Below are positions 17,460 through 28,674 of a stretch of DNA of 64,000 nucleotides, piece by piece. The DNA is taken from NCBI GenBank assembly GCA_910587745.1, contig CAJUNE010000002.1, forward strand, positions 2,097-66,096. Reading direction: 5' to 3'. The stretch comes from an uncultured Bacilli bacterium (GTDB lineage Bacteria > Bacillota_I > Bacilli_A > RF39 > UBA660). The notes beneath the pieces are model-generated. The model searched no databases and had not been told where the DNA came from. It was given only the letters and a program-made list of their open reading frames with translations. Position 1 is the first letter of the stretch. Every line of letters starts with the position of its first letter. A program made the translations under genes and the position numbers.

Positions 17460-20306
17460 TTACTTTACAACTATATTGATTATTTTATTTGGAACTATTA
17501 TAGTTTTAACTATTTCTTTGCCTTCTAAATATTTAGTAACTTTTTCATCTTTTAATGCTAAATCTTTTAAAACTTCTTCTTCAGTATTTAAAGCAACTTT
17601 AATGGTGTTACGAAGTTTGCCATTTACAGATATAGCTATATTAACTTCATCATCTACTAATTTTTCTTCGTCATATGTTGGCCAAGGCTCATATGCAATA
17701 GTATTATTATGACCATACATTTCCCATATCTCTTCACCTAAATGTGGGGTTACACATGATAACATCTTAATAAAACCTTCTGCATAAACTTTCGGACATT
17801 TCATAGTTTTATAACAAACATTTACAAAAACCATAAATTGACTAATTGCTGTGTTAAATCCTAATGTCTCAAAATCATTGGTTACTTTTTTAACCATTGT
17901 GTGATAGGCTTTATCTAATGAACCATCATTATTATCTGTGATATTTTCCATATTGGTGAAGAAACGCCATACTCTATCTACAAACTTTTTAGCTCCTTCA
18001 ACACCTTTACTACTCCATGGTTTGGAATCTTCAATTGGTCCCATAAACATTTCATATAATCTTAATGTGTCAGCACCATAACTTGCTGCGATATCTTTAG
18101 GGTCAATAGCAAACTCAGGATATCTTTTTCCCATTTTGATACCATTTTCACCTAGTATCATTCCTTGATGAACTAGTTTTTTAAATGGTTCTTTAACAGG
18201 TGATAAACCTTTATCATATAAATAATTGTTCCAAATTCTAGAATACATTAAATGCCCTACAGCGTGCTCTGGTCCACCCATATATAAATCAACTGGTAAC
18301 CAATGTTTGGCTAATTCTTGATTACAAAATTCTTTATCATTATTTGGGTCGATATATCTTAAATAATACCAACTAGAACCAGCACTGCCTGGCATAGTGG
18401 ATGTTTCTCTTACTCCTTTAATACCATTTTCGGTAACGTATGTTTTCCATTCAACAGCATTCTCTAAAGGAGCCTTTCCATTGTGACCTTTGTAATCTTT
18501 TAATTCTGGTAAAACAAGAGGTAATTCTTTATCTTCAAGTAATATATCTTCACCATTTTCTAAATGAACAATTGGAACTGGTTCGCCCCAATATCTTTGA
18601 CGAGCAAATATCCATTCTCTAAACTTATAATTAATTTTCTTAGAGCCTAATCCTCTTTCTTCTAACCATGCAACCATTTTATTAATAGCTTCTTCTTTAT
18701 TTAAACCATTTAAAATGTCAGAATTAATGTGAGTTCCATCATCAGTGTATGCGCCCTCACCTTTCATTAATAATGAAAAGCTATATTTGTGAGCTTCATT
18801 AGTTAATGTATCTATTAAATTTTCTTTATCTATCCATTTGATATCAGCGATATCTTGCTCTTCTTTGGAAATAGCTATTTGTTCTAAACTTTTTAACTTT
18901 CCAACAACTGTATAACAAGTTATATGGCGATTTACATCTTTATGGGCTGCATAAAATGTATCATAATAAATAAATTCCATCTCTCTTAAATCCGCAAAAT
19001 CTGTATATCCTGTTTCTTCTGTAATTTCTCTTTTAGCAGCTTCGATTGGTGTCTCTTTACCTTCAATGCCACCCATTACAAAATCTATCCAGTTATATTT
19101 TTTGTTATTTACACACAAATATTTATCTTCAGTTGGATGTTTAATTATAGCATTTACTACTCTTCTTTCAGTCATGGGTTTATCACTTCTTACTTCAGAA
19201 GAACCACTGCCAATAAAGTTTTTAGCTAATACTTGAATTATTGGAATATTAAATTTTTTAGCAAATTCATAATCTCTTTCATCATGGGCTGGAACTGCCA
19301 TTATTGCTCCTGTACCATAACTTGCTAAAACATAATCACTTATATAAATAGGTATTTTAGTATCATTAACAGGATTTATAGCATATGCACCAGTGAATAC
19401 TCCTGTTTTATCTTTATTTAGTTCTGTTCTTTCTAAATCACTTTTACTAGCGCATACTTTTTTGTATTCTAAAACTTCTTCTTTTTTATCTGGTGTAGTT
19501 ATTATATCAACATATTCATGTTCGGGTGCTAATACACAATATGTAGCACCATATAATGTATCTGGACGAGTTGTAAATACGGTAAAATCTAAATCATGGT
19601 TATCAATTTTAAATTTAACATGGGCTCCAATAGATTTACCAATCCAATGTGCTTGCATCTCTTTAGTAGATTCGGGCCAATCAATTTCATTTAAGCCTTC
19701 TAATAACCTTTCCGCAAATTTGGGTTGGTCTATACATAACTGTTTCATTTTCTTACGAATTACAGGGTAGCCCCCTCTTTCAGATTTTCCATCAATTACT
19801 TCATCATTTGATAAAACAGTTCCTAATTCTTCACACCAATTAACAGGCATATCGATATATTTAGCATAACCATCTTTGTATAATTCTTTAAATATCCATT
19901 GAGTCCATTTATAATATTTTGGATCACTTGTAGATATCATTTTTGACCAGTCATAATCAAAACCTAAAGTATTTAATTGTTCACTAAAATATTTAATATT
20001 TTTTTCAGTAAAACCACTTGGATGATTGCCAGTTTGAACTGCATATTGCTCTGCGGGCAAACCAAAAGAATCATAACCCATTGGGTGTAATACATTATAT
20101 CCTTGCATTCTTTTCATACGTGATACTATATCTGTTGCTGTATATCCTTCAACATGTCCTGCATGTAAACCAACACCACTTGGATAAGGGAACATATCTA
20201 ATACATAATATTTTGGTTTACTAAAATCCCAAACATCAGTTTTAAAAGTTTCATTTTCTTGCCAATATTTTTGCCATTTTTGTTCTATAGTTTTATAATC
20301 GTACAT
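17460..20306 (-). CDS. leuS: leucyl-tRNA synthetase with an inserted Nudix-box domain
   Basis: HAGH (HIGH variant), editing-domain blocks ([28 protein letters not shown]), RQRYWGEP and a KMGKR (KMSKS-like) motif. It is 948 aa, longer than the roughly 800-860 aa I recall as usual, because of an insert at about aa 365-515. Confidence 0.95.
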   Translation of the reverse strand: MYDYKTIEQKWQKYWQENETFKTDVWDFSKPKYYVLDMFPYPSGVGLHAGHVEGYTATDIVSRMKRMQGYNVLHPMGYDSFGLPAEQYAVQTGNHPSGFTEKNIKYFSEQLNTLGFDYDWSKMISTSDPKYYKWTQWIFKELYKDGYAKYIDMPVNWCEELGTVLSNDEVIDGKSERGGYPVIRKKMKQLCIDQPKFAERLLEGLNEIDWPESTKEMQAHWIGKSIGAHVKFKIDNHDLDFTVFTTRPDTLYGATYCVLAPEHEYVDIITTPDKKEEVLEYKKVCASKSDLERTELNKDKTGVFTGAYAINPVNDTKIPIYISDYVLASYGTGAIMAVPAHDERDYEFAKKFNIPIIQVLAKNFIGSGSSEVRSDKPMTERRVVNAIIKHPTEDKYLCVNNKKYNWIDFVMGGIEGKETPIEAAKREITEETGYTDFADLREMEFIYYDTFYAAHKDVNRHITCYTVVGKLKSLEQIAISKEEQDIADIKWIDKENLIDTLTNEAHKYSFSLLMKGEGAYTDDGTHINSDILNGLNKEEAINKMVAWLEERGLGSKKINYKFREWIFARQRYWGEPVPIVHLENGEDILLEDKELPLVLPELKDYKGHNGKAPLENAVEWKTYVTENGIKGVRETSTMPGSAGSSWYYLRYIDPNNDKEFCNQELAKHWLPVDLYMGGPEHAVGHLMYSRIWNNYLYDKGLSPVKEPFKKLVHQGMILGENGIKMGKRYPEFAIDPKDIAASYGADTLRLYEMFMGPIEDSKPWSSKGVEGAKKFVDRVWRFFTNMENITDNNDGSLDKAYHTMVKKVTNDFETLGFNTAISQFMVFVNVCYKTMKCPKVYAEGFIKMLSCVTPHLGEEIWEMYGHNNTIAYEPWPTYDEEKLVDDEVNIAISVNGKLRNTIKVALNTEEEVLKDLALKDEKVTKYLEGKEIVKTIIVPNKIINIVVK

Positions 20307-20413
20307 ATAAGCCCTCTTTTCTTATAATTATAGTTTAAATTATATAGTTTGAGTGGTTAAATGTCAATTGTTTTATTGTTTACCACTTAAAAAGAAATAT
20401 CTATTGATATCTC

Positions 20414-20929
20414 TTATTTTCTTTCAACTGGTTTATCTTCTGTTAATAATTTTTGTTTAATGTGAACAGACATTTTTCTTTCACCAACTTGATATGTATA
20501 TATTCCTCCAATAACTTGATTGTATAGAGCTCTTCCAAGAGGTGAATTAATCGAAATTTTATCTTCATTATGTAATGTTCCTATGGTTGCTGTTAATTCA
20601 GTTTCCATTTCTTCAACATCATGTGATGGAAACATTATTTCTAATAATAATCTGTCACCTATATCTACTCTTGTATCTTCTCCGTGTTTTTCAATAATTT
20701 TTATTCGATCTCTTTTTTTTCGCAAATCTTGTAAATTATCTAAAATCAATTTTTCTCTTCTAACTAAATCACATGAGGTTGCACTTGAATAGTGTTCATC
20801 TAATAAAATATCTTTTGCTTCTGTACTTCTTGTTGCTAAAAAACTTTTTAATTCTTCTTCTAATGCACTTATTCTTTGTAAATAATCCTTATAACCTACA
20901 ACATCTAAATAATATATATTTTCTTCCAT
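20414..20929 (-). CDS. GreA/GreB-like protein (C-terminal domain homolog)
   Basis: An N-terminal coiled-coil-like region and the C-terminal ISINSPLGRALYNQVIGGIYTY, which resembles the GreA C-terminal domain motif. Confidence 0.6.
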   Translation of the reverse strand: MEENIYYLDVVGYKDYLQRISALEEELKSFLATRSTEAKDILLDEHYSSATSCDLVRREKLILDNLQDLRKKRDRIKIIEKHGEDTRVDIGDRLLLEIMFPSHDVEEMETELTATIGTLHNEDKISINSPLGRALYNQVIGGIYTYQVGERKMSVHIKQKLLTEDKPVERK

Positions 20930-20962
20930 ATATTTACCTCCTCTTAATTTGAATATAATTAT

Positions 20963-22000
20963 TTATTTTAAATCTTTTCTTACTCTTAAAATCATTTCTC
21001 TTTTAAGTTTTGTTCCTTTGTATTCATCGTCTAAATTTGGTATGCCATTTAATGCATTTTGAAGTTTTTCTCTTAATTCTTCATTTTCCATATAGTATAT
21101 AGCAATTGTTATTATTTCAACGTTCTTACTTTCTATAATTTTATCTACAGCATAACTTGAACAAGGTCTATTACATATAGCTAAGGTGATTATATAATTT
21201 AACCAAAAATCAGTTTTTTTTGCATTGCCATTTTCATTTAAAATGTAATCTATCATTCCAATATACGTTGTGTTTTCTGTATTCTTTATTAAATCAATAA
21301 TTCTTATATAGTCTTTACTTTCGACTATACCTTTTATAATTTTATCTCTTGAGTCTTTATTATCTACTTCATGGTCTTTTAAAAACATACTTAAGTGAAC
21401 TGCGTAAATACCCGTTTTTTTGGCATTTAATAACCCTTCTGCAAATTCGTTTATTGATACAATAGTTGCAATATTCGCTACAGCAACAATGTATCTTGAA
21501 TCTTTTAGTTCGATTACTCTTCTTTCTAATAACTCTTTTGTTTCTGGATTTAATTTTGAACCAATGTCTCTAAGCATGTAAAAAATATATGTACTATTAT
21601 CATATTTTGCCATAGCAGCAGCTAGTTTCTCAATTGGCGCAAACATAATACCTCTCGCATAATAATACATTCTGATTGGATCTTTGCTTCTTATCATTCC
21701 TTTACTAAGTTCATTTAAAATTTTCTTTTTTTCTTCTTCTGATAAATCTTTTAAATTTTGAATAAAATAGGCATATTCTAAAATATAATAACTGTCTAAT
21801 TTTTTAGATAAAGTATTCGCTACTCTTCCTTTATTTATCCTCTCTATATGTTTTCCACATAAATATATTAGTCTAGTATCATTAGAACTAAAAATATAAT
21901 CTTCAATAAATTTTAATTCAACTTCCCCTGCTTTAATTAAATTATTTAACTCTTTTATTCTTTCTTCTTTTGATTCTAATAATACTTCTTCAACACTCAT
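20963..22000 (-). CDS. hypothetical alpha-helical protein (345 aa)
   Basis: A long intact ORF with no recognisable catalytic motif. Confidence 0.5.
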   Translation of the reverse strand: MSVEEVLLESKEERIKELNNLIKAGEVELKFIEDYIFSSNDTRLIYLCGKHIERINKGRVANTLSKKLDSYYILEYAYFIQNLKDLSEEEKKKILNELSKGMIRSKDPIRMYYYARGIMFAPIEKLAAAMAKYDNSTYIFYMLRDIGSKLNPETKELLERRVIELKDSRYIVAVANIATIVSINEFAEGLLNAKKTGIYAVHLSMFLKDHEVDNKDSRDKIIKGIVESKDYIRIIDLIKNTENTTYIGMIDYILNENGNAKKTDFWLNYIITLAICNRPCSSYAVDKIIESKNVEIITIAIYYMENEELREKLQNALNGIPNLDDEYKGTKLKREMILRVRKDLK

Positions 22001-22074
22001 AAAAAACTCCTATATATTTTTTATTATACTTTTATTTAATTCTTTTGTAAATATAATTAGTTTATAAGTATATT

Positions 22075-22341
22075 TTAATAATATTTATTCTTTTCTTTAA
22101 CTTTTACTATCTTTATTGTATAACCTATAGGACCAATTATTTTTAATAAATTTATTATACTTGGAGAATGCATACCCGCTTCAATTCTAGCAATTTTTTC
22201 ACGAGATACTCCAGAATATTTAGAAAATAAATCTTGAGTTAAATTGTTTTCTTTCCGAAAACGAGTAAAGTCTTTAATAAATATTGCATTTAATTCTTCG
22301 GGGTTAAATGATGCTTCAATATAGTTTTTATTATAGTTCAT
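22075..22341 (-). CDS. XRE-family helix-turn-helix protein
   Basis: LTQDLFSKYSGVSREKIARIEAG is an HTH_3 core. Confidence 0.7.
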   Translation of the reverse strand: MNYNKNYIEASFNPEELNAIFIKDFTRFRKENNLTQDLFSKYSGVSREKIARIEAGMHSPSIINLLKIIGPIGYTIKIVKVKEKNKYY

Positions 22342-22446
22342 TTTTCTTCACCAACCATATTGTATCATAATTGATACAAGTTTTCTAATAATATATTGCA
22401 TTTGGGAAGAAATTATTATATATTTAATTTAGAAATGAGGTAAATT

Positions 22447-24249
22447 ATGGAAAAAAATAAGATCATTTTTGAAGACTTACATCGTACTGGTGAAGTTAGA
22501 GAAATGGAAATGCCAAATCAATCTAAGTATAATTTTCTTCTTGAAAGAAACAAAAAATATATGAATTTTAACGCACTTAGCTTTGAAGGTATGAAAGATA
22601 AAGTTACTTACGAAGAATTGCATGATAAAATATGGCAATATGCTAAAGCTTTATATAAGAAAGGAATTCGTAAAGGTGATTTAATTGGTTTTTGTGCCGT
22701 TAATACACCTGAGTCTATTTATATAATGTATGCCCTTGATATAATAGGAGCTATTACAGTTGGACTTAGCCCTCTTAATAATGAATATCAAATGCGTAGA
22801 GATATTGAAATGATTAAACCGCAAAGAGTTATTACTGTTGATATGTTTTATGGTAATCTAAAAGGCTCTTTGAATGATTTTAATGTTTCACCTATTTTAT
22901 ATTCTCCTATTGAATCAATGCAAAGCCCAATTATAAAAGCAATTTATAAAATGAAACAGATTAAAGAAGGTAATTTTAAATTTGGCAAAGATTTTGATTT
23001 AAAAAGTATTGTTAAAGATGGCAGTGATAGCGAAATTGAGAGATGGGCATATAGTCCAGACTATGTTTCAGATATTATGTTTACTGGCGGTTCAACTGGT
23101 AGACATAAAGGTGTTGAACTATATGGTAATGGTTTTAACTGTTTAATTAAAGCTTTAGATAGAGTATTTTTCTTAGAGCCAGGACAAATTCATTTAGGAA
23201 ACGTTCCTGTAAATCATATGGTTTTTGGTAAAGCATTAACTCACTATGTATTATGTAATAATATGGAATATGCGCTTACTTTAAAAATGGGACCTAATGA
23301 TTTTACTGACGAAATCATTAGAACAGGAGCTAATGGTATTATGGGTGGACCTATTCACTTTGAAAATATGATTAATAACTCTAAAATAACGCCTGGTTCT
23401 TTGGCTACTGTTGAACAAGCTGTATCTGGTGGCGAAGCTTTTAAATTAAGAAAAAAACAAGAAGTTGAAGAAACATTAAGAAAAGGTGGCTCTAACGCTG
23501 TTATTGCTAATGCAATTGGCGCAACTGAAACTGAATCAGTAACACACGTAGATATTATAGATACAAGAAACTTACCTTTCCCATATTATGTTGATTATAA
23601 TAAGGAACCTGTTACTTGCGGATATCCTATTCCTGGCATTGAATATAGAATTGTTGATAAAACTGCTTTAACAGAACGTGGAGAGATTATTGATGTTGCT
23701 CCTGGAGAATCTGGTTTATTCTTAGTTAGTGGTCCAACTATTATGAAAGGTTATTATCAAAATCCAGAAGAAAATGCAAAAGTATTTGTAACTGATAGTG
23801 ATGGCAAAGTTTGGTTTAACCAAGGCGACTTAATGAGAGCTACTGGTAAAGATTTTAAGAAGACTGAATTTACTGGACGTGTAAAAAGAAATTTTGTTAG
23901 TGGTGTTTCAAATATTTATCCAGAAGAAATCGAAGAACTACTTTTAAAATTTGACGAAATTAGAGAAGCTGTTATAGTTAGTGTGCCTGATGAAAAATAT
24001 CAATACTTACCAGTATATCATATAAGTTTAAATTATGAGTGTGATACTGAAGCACTAAAAGGTAAAATAGATGAGCTTATTTATAGAACTGTAGGCGAAG
24101 ATGCATTACCTGGATTAATTGAATATACTTTAAGTCCACTTCCTAGAACTGATAATGGTAAACTTAATGCGCCTATATTAGAGCAAGCTGATAGAGAAAA
24201 ATATATTGGCGAGAATAAAGCTAACAGCTTAGTTAGAATGAAATACTAA
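22447..24249 (+). CDS. AMP-dependent synthetase/ligase (acyl-CoA synthetase-like)
   Basis: FTGGSTGRHKG (AMP-binding P-loop-like motif), GYYQNPE, and GDL...TGRVKR. Confidence 0.8.
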   Translation: MEKNKIIFEDLHRTGEVREMEMPNQSKYNFLLERNKKYMNFNALSFEGMKDKVTYEELHDKIWQYAKALYKKGIRKGDLIGFCAVNTPESIYIMYALDIIGAITVGLSPLNNEYQMRRDIEMIKPQRVITVDMFYGNLKGSLNDFNVSPILYSPIESMQSPIIKAIYKMKQIKEGNFKFGKDFDLKSIVKDGSDSEIERWAYSPDYVSDIMFTGGSTGRHKGVELYGNGFNCLIKALDRVFFLEPGQIHLGNVPVNHMVFGKALTHYVLCNNMEYALTLKMGPNDFTDEIIRTGANGIMGGPIHFENMINNSKITPGSLATVEQAVSGGEAFKLRKKQEVEETLRKGGSNAVIANAIGATETESVTHVDIIDTRNLPFPYYVDYNKEPVTCGYPIPGIEYRIVDKTALTERGEIIDVAPGESGLFLVSGPTIMKGYYQNPEENAKVFVTDSDGKVWFNQGDLMRATGKDFKKTEFTGRVKRNFVSGVSNIYPEEIEELLLKFDEIREAVIVSVPDEKYQYLPVYHISLNYECDTEALKGKIDELIYRTVGEDALPGLIEYTLSPLPRTDNGKLNAPILEQADREKYIGENKANSLVRMKY

Positions 24250-24335
24250 ATTTAGTATTTCTTTTTATTTGGTTTAATTGCATTTAGATTTTAGATGTGT
24301 TAAAATATTATTATAAAGAATAGGAAGTTGATAAT

Positions 24336-26165
24336 ATGGGACTTTATATGTCGATTAGTAGTTTAATTTTTATTGGAATTTTAATGATGGACTTTTTTTC
24401 AAAAGAAAGAGTTAACAATATTGAAACAAGGTTATATAAATATTTACTTATTTTGACTTCAATTGGCTTATCATTAGATATTTTTACTGGTATCCTTTAT
24501 AATTTGAATGTTGATTATAATAATTTCTTTTATATGATAGCATCTAAGCTGGTGTTTGTTTATATTGTAGCATGGCTTTTAATTTTTGCTTTCTATATCA
24601 AACTTATTAGTATGCCTAATAGTGAAAATAGAAACAAAAAACTTTATAGTTCTTTTATGATTTTCGCTTTTATATTTATTATTGTAACTCCTTTTATCTT
24701 AATATTGCCTGTGCATTATATTGAGACTGATGCTACTATTGTTCCGAAAGGAATTTCAATGATTATCGCTTATATTGTTAGCGCTTTGTTAATAATTTAT
24801 ACTATTGGTTTAGCAATTAAAAATAGAAAGATAATTTCAAAAAGAAAAATCAAACCTCTTTATGCTTTAGTTATTTTATTAATAGTTAATTTCTTAGCTC
24901 AAAATTTTTTCCCAGATTTATTTTTAATAAATTTTTTGCTTAGTTTAGTTGTTATATTTATGTATTTTACAATTGAAAATCCTGATGTAAAAATGATTAA
25001 AGAACTTAATATGGCTAAAGACCAGGCTGAGAAAGCTAATAGAGCTAAGTCTGAATTCTTATCTAATATGTCTCATGAAATTAGAACTCCACTTAATGCA
25101 ATAGTTGGTTTTAGCGAATGTTTAATTGAATCTCCTAACTTAGATAGTGAAGCTAAAGATCATGCTAAAGATATTGTTGATGCTTCTAATAACTTACTAG
25201 AAATAGTAAATGGTATTTTAGATATTTCGAAAATAGAAGCTAATAAAATGGAAATAGTTCCAAAAGAATATAATCCAAAAGAAGTATTTAATGGTCTTTG
25301 TAAATTAATTATTCCAAGAATTGGAGCTAAACCTATTGAGTTTAGAAGTAATATAACAGAAGATTTACCTGGTATTTTAAAAGGTGATGTTGGTAAACTT
25401 AAACAAGTAGTTCTTAATATTTTAACTAATGCAGCTAAATATACTGATAGAGGCGAAATAATCTTTAGTGTTAGTTGTATCAATAGAATTGATACTAAAA
25501 AATGTTCACTAAACATCGCTGTTAAAGACACAGGTCGTGGTATAAAAAAGGAAGATATTAATAAATTATTTAATAAATTTGAAAGATTTGATGAAGACCA
25601 AAACACTTCTACTGAGGGTACTGGTTTGGGCCTTGCTATAACTAAGAGTTTAACCGAAATGATGGGCGGAAGAATTACTGTATCTAGTAATTATGGCGAA
25701 GGCTCAACATTTAGAATAAATATAGAACAAGATTTAATTAGTATGGAAGCTCCTGTTGGTAGTAGTGAGGAGATCGAAATTGATTACTCTCTTCATAGTG
25801 GTAAAAGAATATTAGTAGTTGATGATTCTAAAATTAATTTAAAAGTTGCTAATAATATTTTAAGACCTTATAACTTTACAATTGTAGAAGCTACAAGCGG
25901 ATTTGAAGCCTTAGAGCTTGCTGAAACAGGGACTTTTGATTTAATTTTAATGGATATTATGATGCCTAAAATGAATGGGGTTGAATGTCTTCGTAGATTA
26001 AAGGAAATACCTGGTTTTGATATTCCAGTAGTAGCACTTACTGCGGATGCTATTGAAGGTCAAGATGAAAAATATATTCAAGCTGGTTTTAATGATTACT
26101 TATCAAAACCAATTGATAGATATCAACTTAATAGAGTTTTAAATAAATATTTGGGAGGTAAATAG
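24336..26165 (+). CDS. hybrid sensor histidine kinase / response regulator
   Basis: About six N-terminal TM segments, H-box SHEIRTPLN, N/G boxes (NAAKYT, DTGRGI, GTGLGL) and a C-terminal receiver domain (VVDD..., DIMMPKMNG). Confidence 0.9.
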   Translation: MGLYMSISSLIFIGILMMDFFSKERVNNIETRLYKYLLILTSIGLSLDIFTGILYNLNVDYNNFFYMIASKLVFVYIVAWLLIFAFYIKLISMPNSENRNKKLYSSFMIFAFIFIIVTPFILILPVHYIETDATIVPKGISMIIAYIVSALLIIYTIGLAIKNRKIISKRKIKPLYALVILLIVNFLAQNFFPDLFLINFLLSLVVIFMYFTIENPDVKMIKELNMAKDQAEKANRAKSEFLSNMSHEIRTPLNAIVGFSECLIESPNLDSEAKDHAKDIVDASNNLLEIVNGILDISKIEANKMEIVPKEYNPKEVFNGLCKLIIPRIGAKPIEFRSNITEDLPGILKGDVGKLKQVVLNILTNAAKYTDRGEIIFSVSCINRIDTKKCSLNIAVKDTGRGIKKEDINKLFNKFERFDEDQNTSTEGTGLGLAITKSLTEMMGGRITVSSNYGEGSTFRINIEQDLISMEAPVGSSEEIEIDYSLHSGKRILVVDDSKINLKVANNILRPYNFTIVEATSGFEALELAETGTFDLILMDIMMPKMNGVECLRRLKEIPGFDIPVVALTADAIEGQDEKYIQAGFNDYLSKPIDRYQLNRVLNKYLGGK

Positions 26166-26167
26166 GA

Positions 26168-26884
26168 ATGGAAAAAGTAGATATATTAAGAAATAATAAT
26201 GTTCAAGTAGATAGTAGTTTGGAATTTTGGGGAGATATGAGTTCTTATAATGATAAACTTAGTAATCTAGAATATTATAGAAATCAACAAGATTTTGAAA
26301 ACTATGGAATTCTTGCTCATAGTACTAAAAGTGAGGCTAAATATTTAGGTTTTATGAATGAAGCAGAAATATTTTTACAACACGAAATGGCTGGTAAAGA
26401 AAAAAATAAAGAATTTATTGATAGTCATTTTGATGAACTTAAAAATACTATTAATAAAATAAATTCTACTTTAGAGGAATATTTTGATTCAAATGATGTA
26501 AGTACTGATGTTAAAAATATTTTAATAGCTGATGACTCTAGTATTATGCTTAATTTTATAGAACAAACTATTGGAGATGAATATAAAATAATTAAAGCTT
26601 CTAATGGGAAAGAAGCAATTCTAAAGCTAAATGAATTAAATATTTATGCATTACTTTTAGATCTTAATATGCCAAATACTAATGGCTTTGAAGTTCTAGA
26701 ATATTTAAAAAATAATGATTTAATAGAAAAAATCCCAGTGGTTATTATTACGGGAGATGATACGGAAGAAACAATTAAAAAAGCTTTTTCTTATCCTATT
26801 CTTGATGTTCTTAATAAACCATTTAAAGAAGATAATATAAAAAGAATTCTTGTTTCTATTAAAAGTTTTTATGAAAAAAATTAA
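26168..26884 (+). CDS. HPt-like plus receiver-domain protein (phosphorelay component)
   Basis: AHSTKSEAKYLG (HPt HxxKG-like) followed by a REC domain (IADDS..., LDLNMPNTNG, KP). Confidence 0.7.
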   Translation: MEKVDILRNNNVQVDSSLEFWGDMSSYNDKLSNLEYYRNQQDFENYGILAHSTKSEAKYLGFMNEAEIFLQHEMAGKEKNKEFIDSHFDELKNTINKINSTLEEYFDSNDVSTDVKNILIADDSSIMLNFIEQTIGDEYKIIKASNGKEAILKLNELNIYALLLDLNMPNTNGFEVLEYLKNNDLIEKIPVVIITGDDTEETIKKAFSYPILDVLNKPFKEDNIKRILVSIKSFYEKN

Positions 26885-26914
26885 GAAACCAATTGTGGTT
26901 TCTTTCTTTATTTT
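26885..26914. terminator. bidirectional rho-independent terminator between convergent genes
   Basis: GAAACCA-ATTG-TGGTTTC with T-rich tracts on both strands. Confidence 0.65.
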
Positions 26915-27891
26915 CTTGTAATATTTTTAAATATGTAGTTGTCTTCACTTTTTTCAAATACAATTATATATGTTGATAATTTATCTTTATATTCTGTTAT
27001 ATCTTTATTATCGTATTCTTCCTCGATAATATTATCTTCAATGTCTAAAAGTTTGTTTTCAGATGTTTTAGCAATAATAAATTCAAATGTTAATTCATTA
27101 TTTTCTTCATTTGCATTTATAATTTTATTAATAAGATTAATACTATTTGATTCTTCTTTTAGACCTATATATGTATCATTATAATACATAAATTTGATAT
27201 TATTATATATAAACATTTCATTTTTAATATTTATGTCTTCTCCAAATATTTTTTTGGCTGATTCTAATAAACTATCTTTATGGAATGTTATCATATCATT
27301 ATTGTTAGTAATTAAAACTTTATTAATGTTTTTATAAGCTATTTTTAATACTAATTCATTTGGAATAGTCTCTCTAGTAATAGTTTTTGTAAATAAATTA
27401 TATATTTCTTCATCATTTATTAATAAATTATCTAATAAATATCCATAGTTTTTAATGTAATAACTACTATCTGGTTTAGTGTCTACTATTGGTTCATTAT
27501 TATCTTCTTCTTTATCATTATTCTTTATTTCATCATCTTTTTTATTATCACTCGTTTTGTCTACTACTTTAGTTCTAATATTAAAATAATCGACATCATA
27601 TAAACAATAACAAAAATAACCTATGACTCCTAATAACAATATAATTATTATGTCTCGACGAATGATTTTACCAGTTTTACCACGGCTTAACTTTTTTTCT
27701 TCTTCTTTCATTCTTTTAGTTACTTTAAGTTCTATTTGTTCATCAATTTTATTAGTTAATTCTTTTTCTATATCGACTTTTCGATCTTCTAAATAATTGT
27801 TTAATTCTATTTCTATACTTTTAATATCAATATTTTTTTCTTTTGGTTCTTTGATTTCTTTCTTTTTTGTTTCATTTGCTTTTCTTGGCAT
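26908..27891 (-). CDS. hypothetical single-pass membrane protein, Lys/Glu-rich N-terminus
   Basis: An intact ORF with one TM segment (IIIILLLGVIGYFCYCLY). Confidence 0.5.
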   Translation of the reverse strand: MPRKANETKKKEIKEPKEKNIDIKSIEIELNNYLEDRKVDIEKELTNKIDEQIELKVTKRMKEEEKKLSRGKTGKIIRRDIIIILLLGVIGYFCYCLYDVDYFNIRTKVVDKTSDNKKDDEIKNNDKEEDNNEPIVDTKPDSSYYIKNYGYLLDNLLINDEEIYNLFTKTITRETIPNELVLKIAYKNINKVLITNNNDMITFHKDSLLESAKKIFGEDINIKNEMFIYNNIKFMYYNDTYIGLKEESNSINLINKIINANEENNELTFEFIIAKTSENKLLDIEDNIIEEEYDNKDITEYKDKLSTYIIVFEKSEDNYIFKNITRK

Positions 27892-27978
27892 ATTTTTAAC
27901 CTCTTCCCTGAATTTTTTTAAAACTAATCTATATTCATTCTATCATATATTTAGATTAAAAACTATACCTTTTTATGT

Positions 27979-28590
27979 TTAAAGCTTATTTATAAAGCTT
28001 TTAAAGATTAAGTAACTGTTGTTATCATTAATTGATTCAGGATGCCATTCTAAACCTATAAAATATTTTAAATGAGATAATTCAACAGCTTCAATTATAT
28101 TATCTTCACTTTTAGCACTTATCAGCATATTTGTATATGGTATTCCCGTATGATGCCTACTGTTGACTAGTATTTCTTCTTTATTTAATATATCATATAA
28201 TCTACTTCCTTTTTTTATTTTTACTTTATGCACATATTTGTTAGTACTATAATGGTTATTAACTTTTATTTCTCTTCTATCATTAAAATATTCAGCCATA
28301 CTTTGCATTCCTAAACATATACCTAATGTAGGAATATTTTTTTCTATTAAATATTTAACTAATTTAAAGTCGTTTTCATGAAAGTTTTCTCCTCCAGATA
28401 AAATTATACCATCACATATGTTTACCCCTTCTATAAGCTTGTTAAATTCGATATTAATGGGTATTCCAATTATACTTACATTAAAATCTTGGAATCTTGA
28501 AAACAAATCTTTTCTTGTGCCAATAAAATCAATGTTATTTTCTTTAAATTCACGTATTATTATACCTACTCTTTTTATATTAATCACCAT
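27979..28590 (-). CDS. class-I glutamine amidotransferase / peptidase C26 (gamma-glutamyl hydrolase-like)
   Basis: GICLGMQ nucleophile elbow and LEWHPE. Confidence 0.8.
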   Translation of the reverse strand: MVINIKRVGIIIREFKENNIDFIGTRKDLFSRFQDFNVSIIGIPINIEFNKLIEGVNICDGIILSGGENFHENDFKLVKYLIEKNIPTLGICLGMQSMAEYFNDRREIKVNNHYSTNKYVHKVKIKKGSRLYDILNKEEILVNSRHHTGIPYTNMLISAKSEDNIIEAVELSHLKYFIGLEWHPESINDNNSYLIFKSFINKL

Positions 28591-28674
28591 TATATTTTAT
28601 TATTCTTATATATTATTTATAAATAAAAAATAGAGATAGCCTCCATTTATATTTTATAATAATTAATTATAATG

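Noticed and set aside
20307-20413. An expected T-box leader upstream of leuS.
   Set aside because: Only about 107 nt of spacer is available and there is no T-box consensus (AGGGUGGNACCGCG-like). Only a weak hairpin is present, probably the terminator of the upstream gene.
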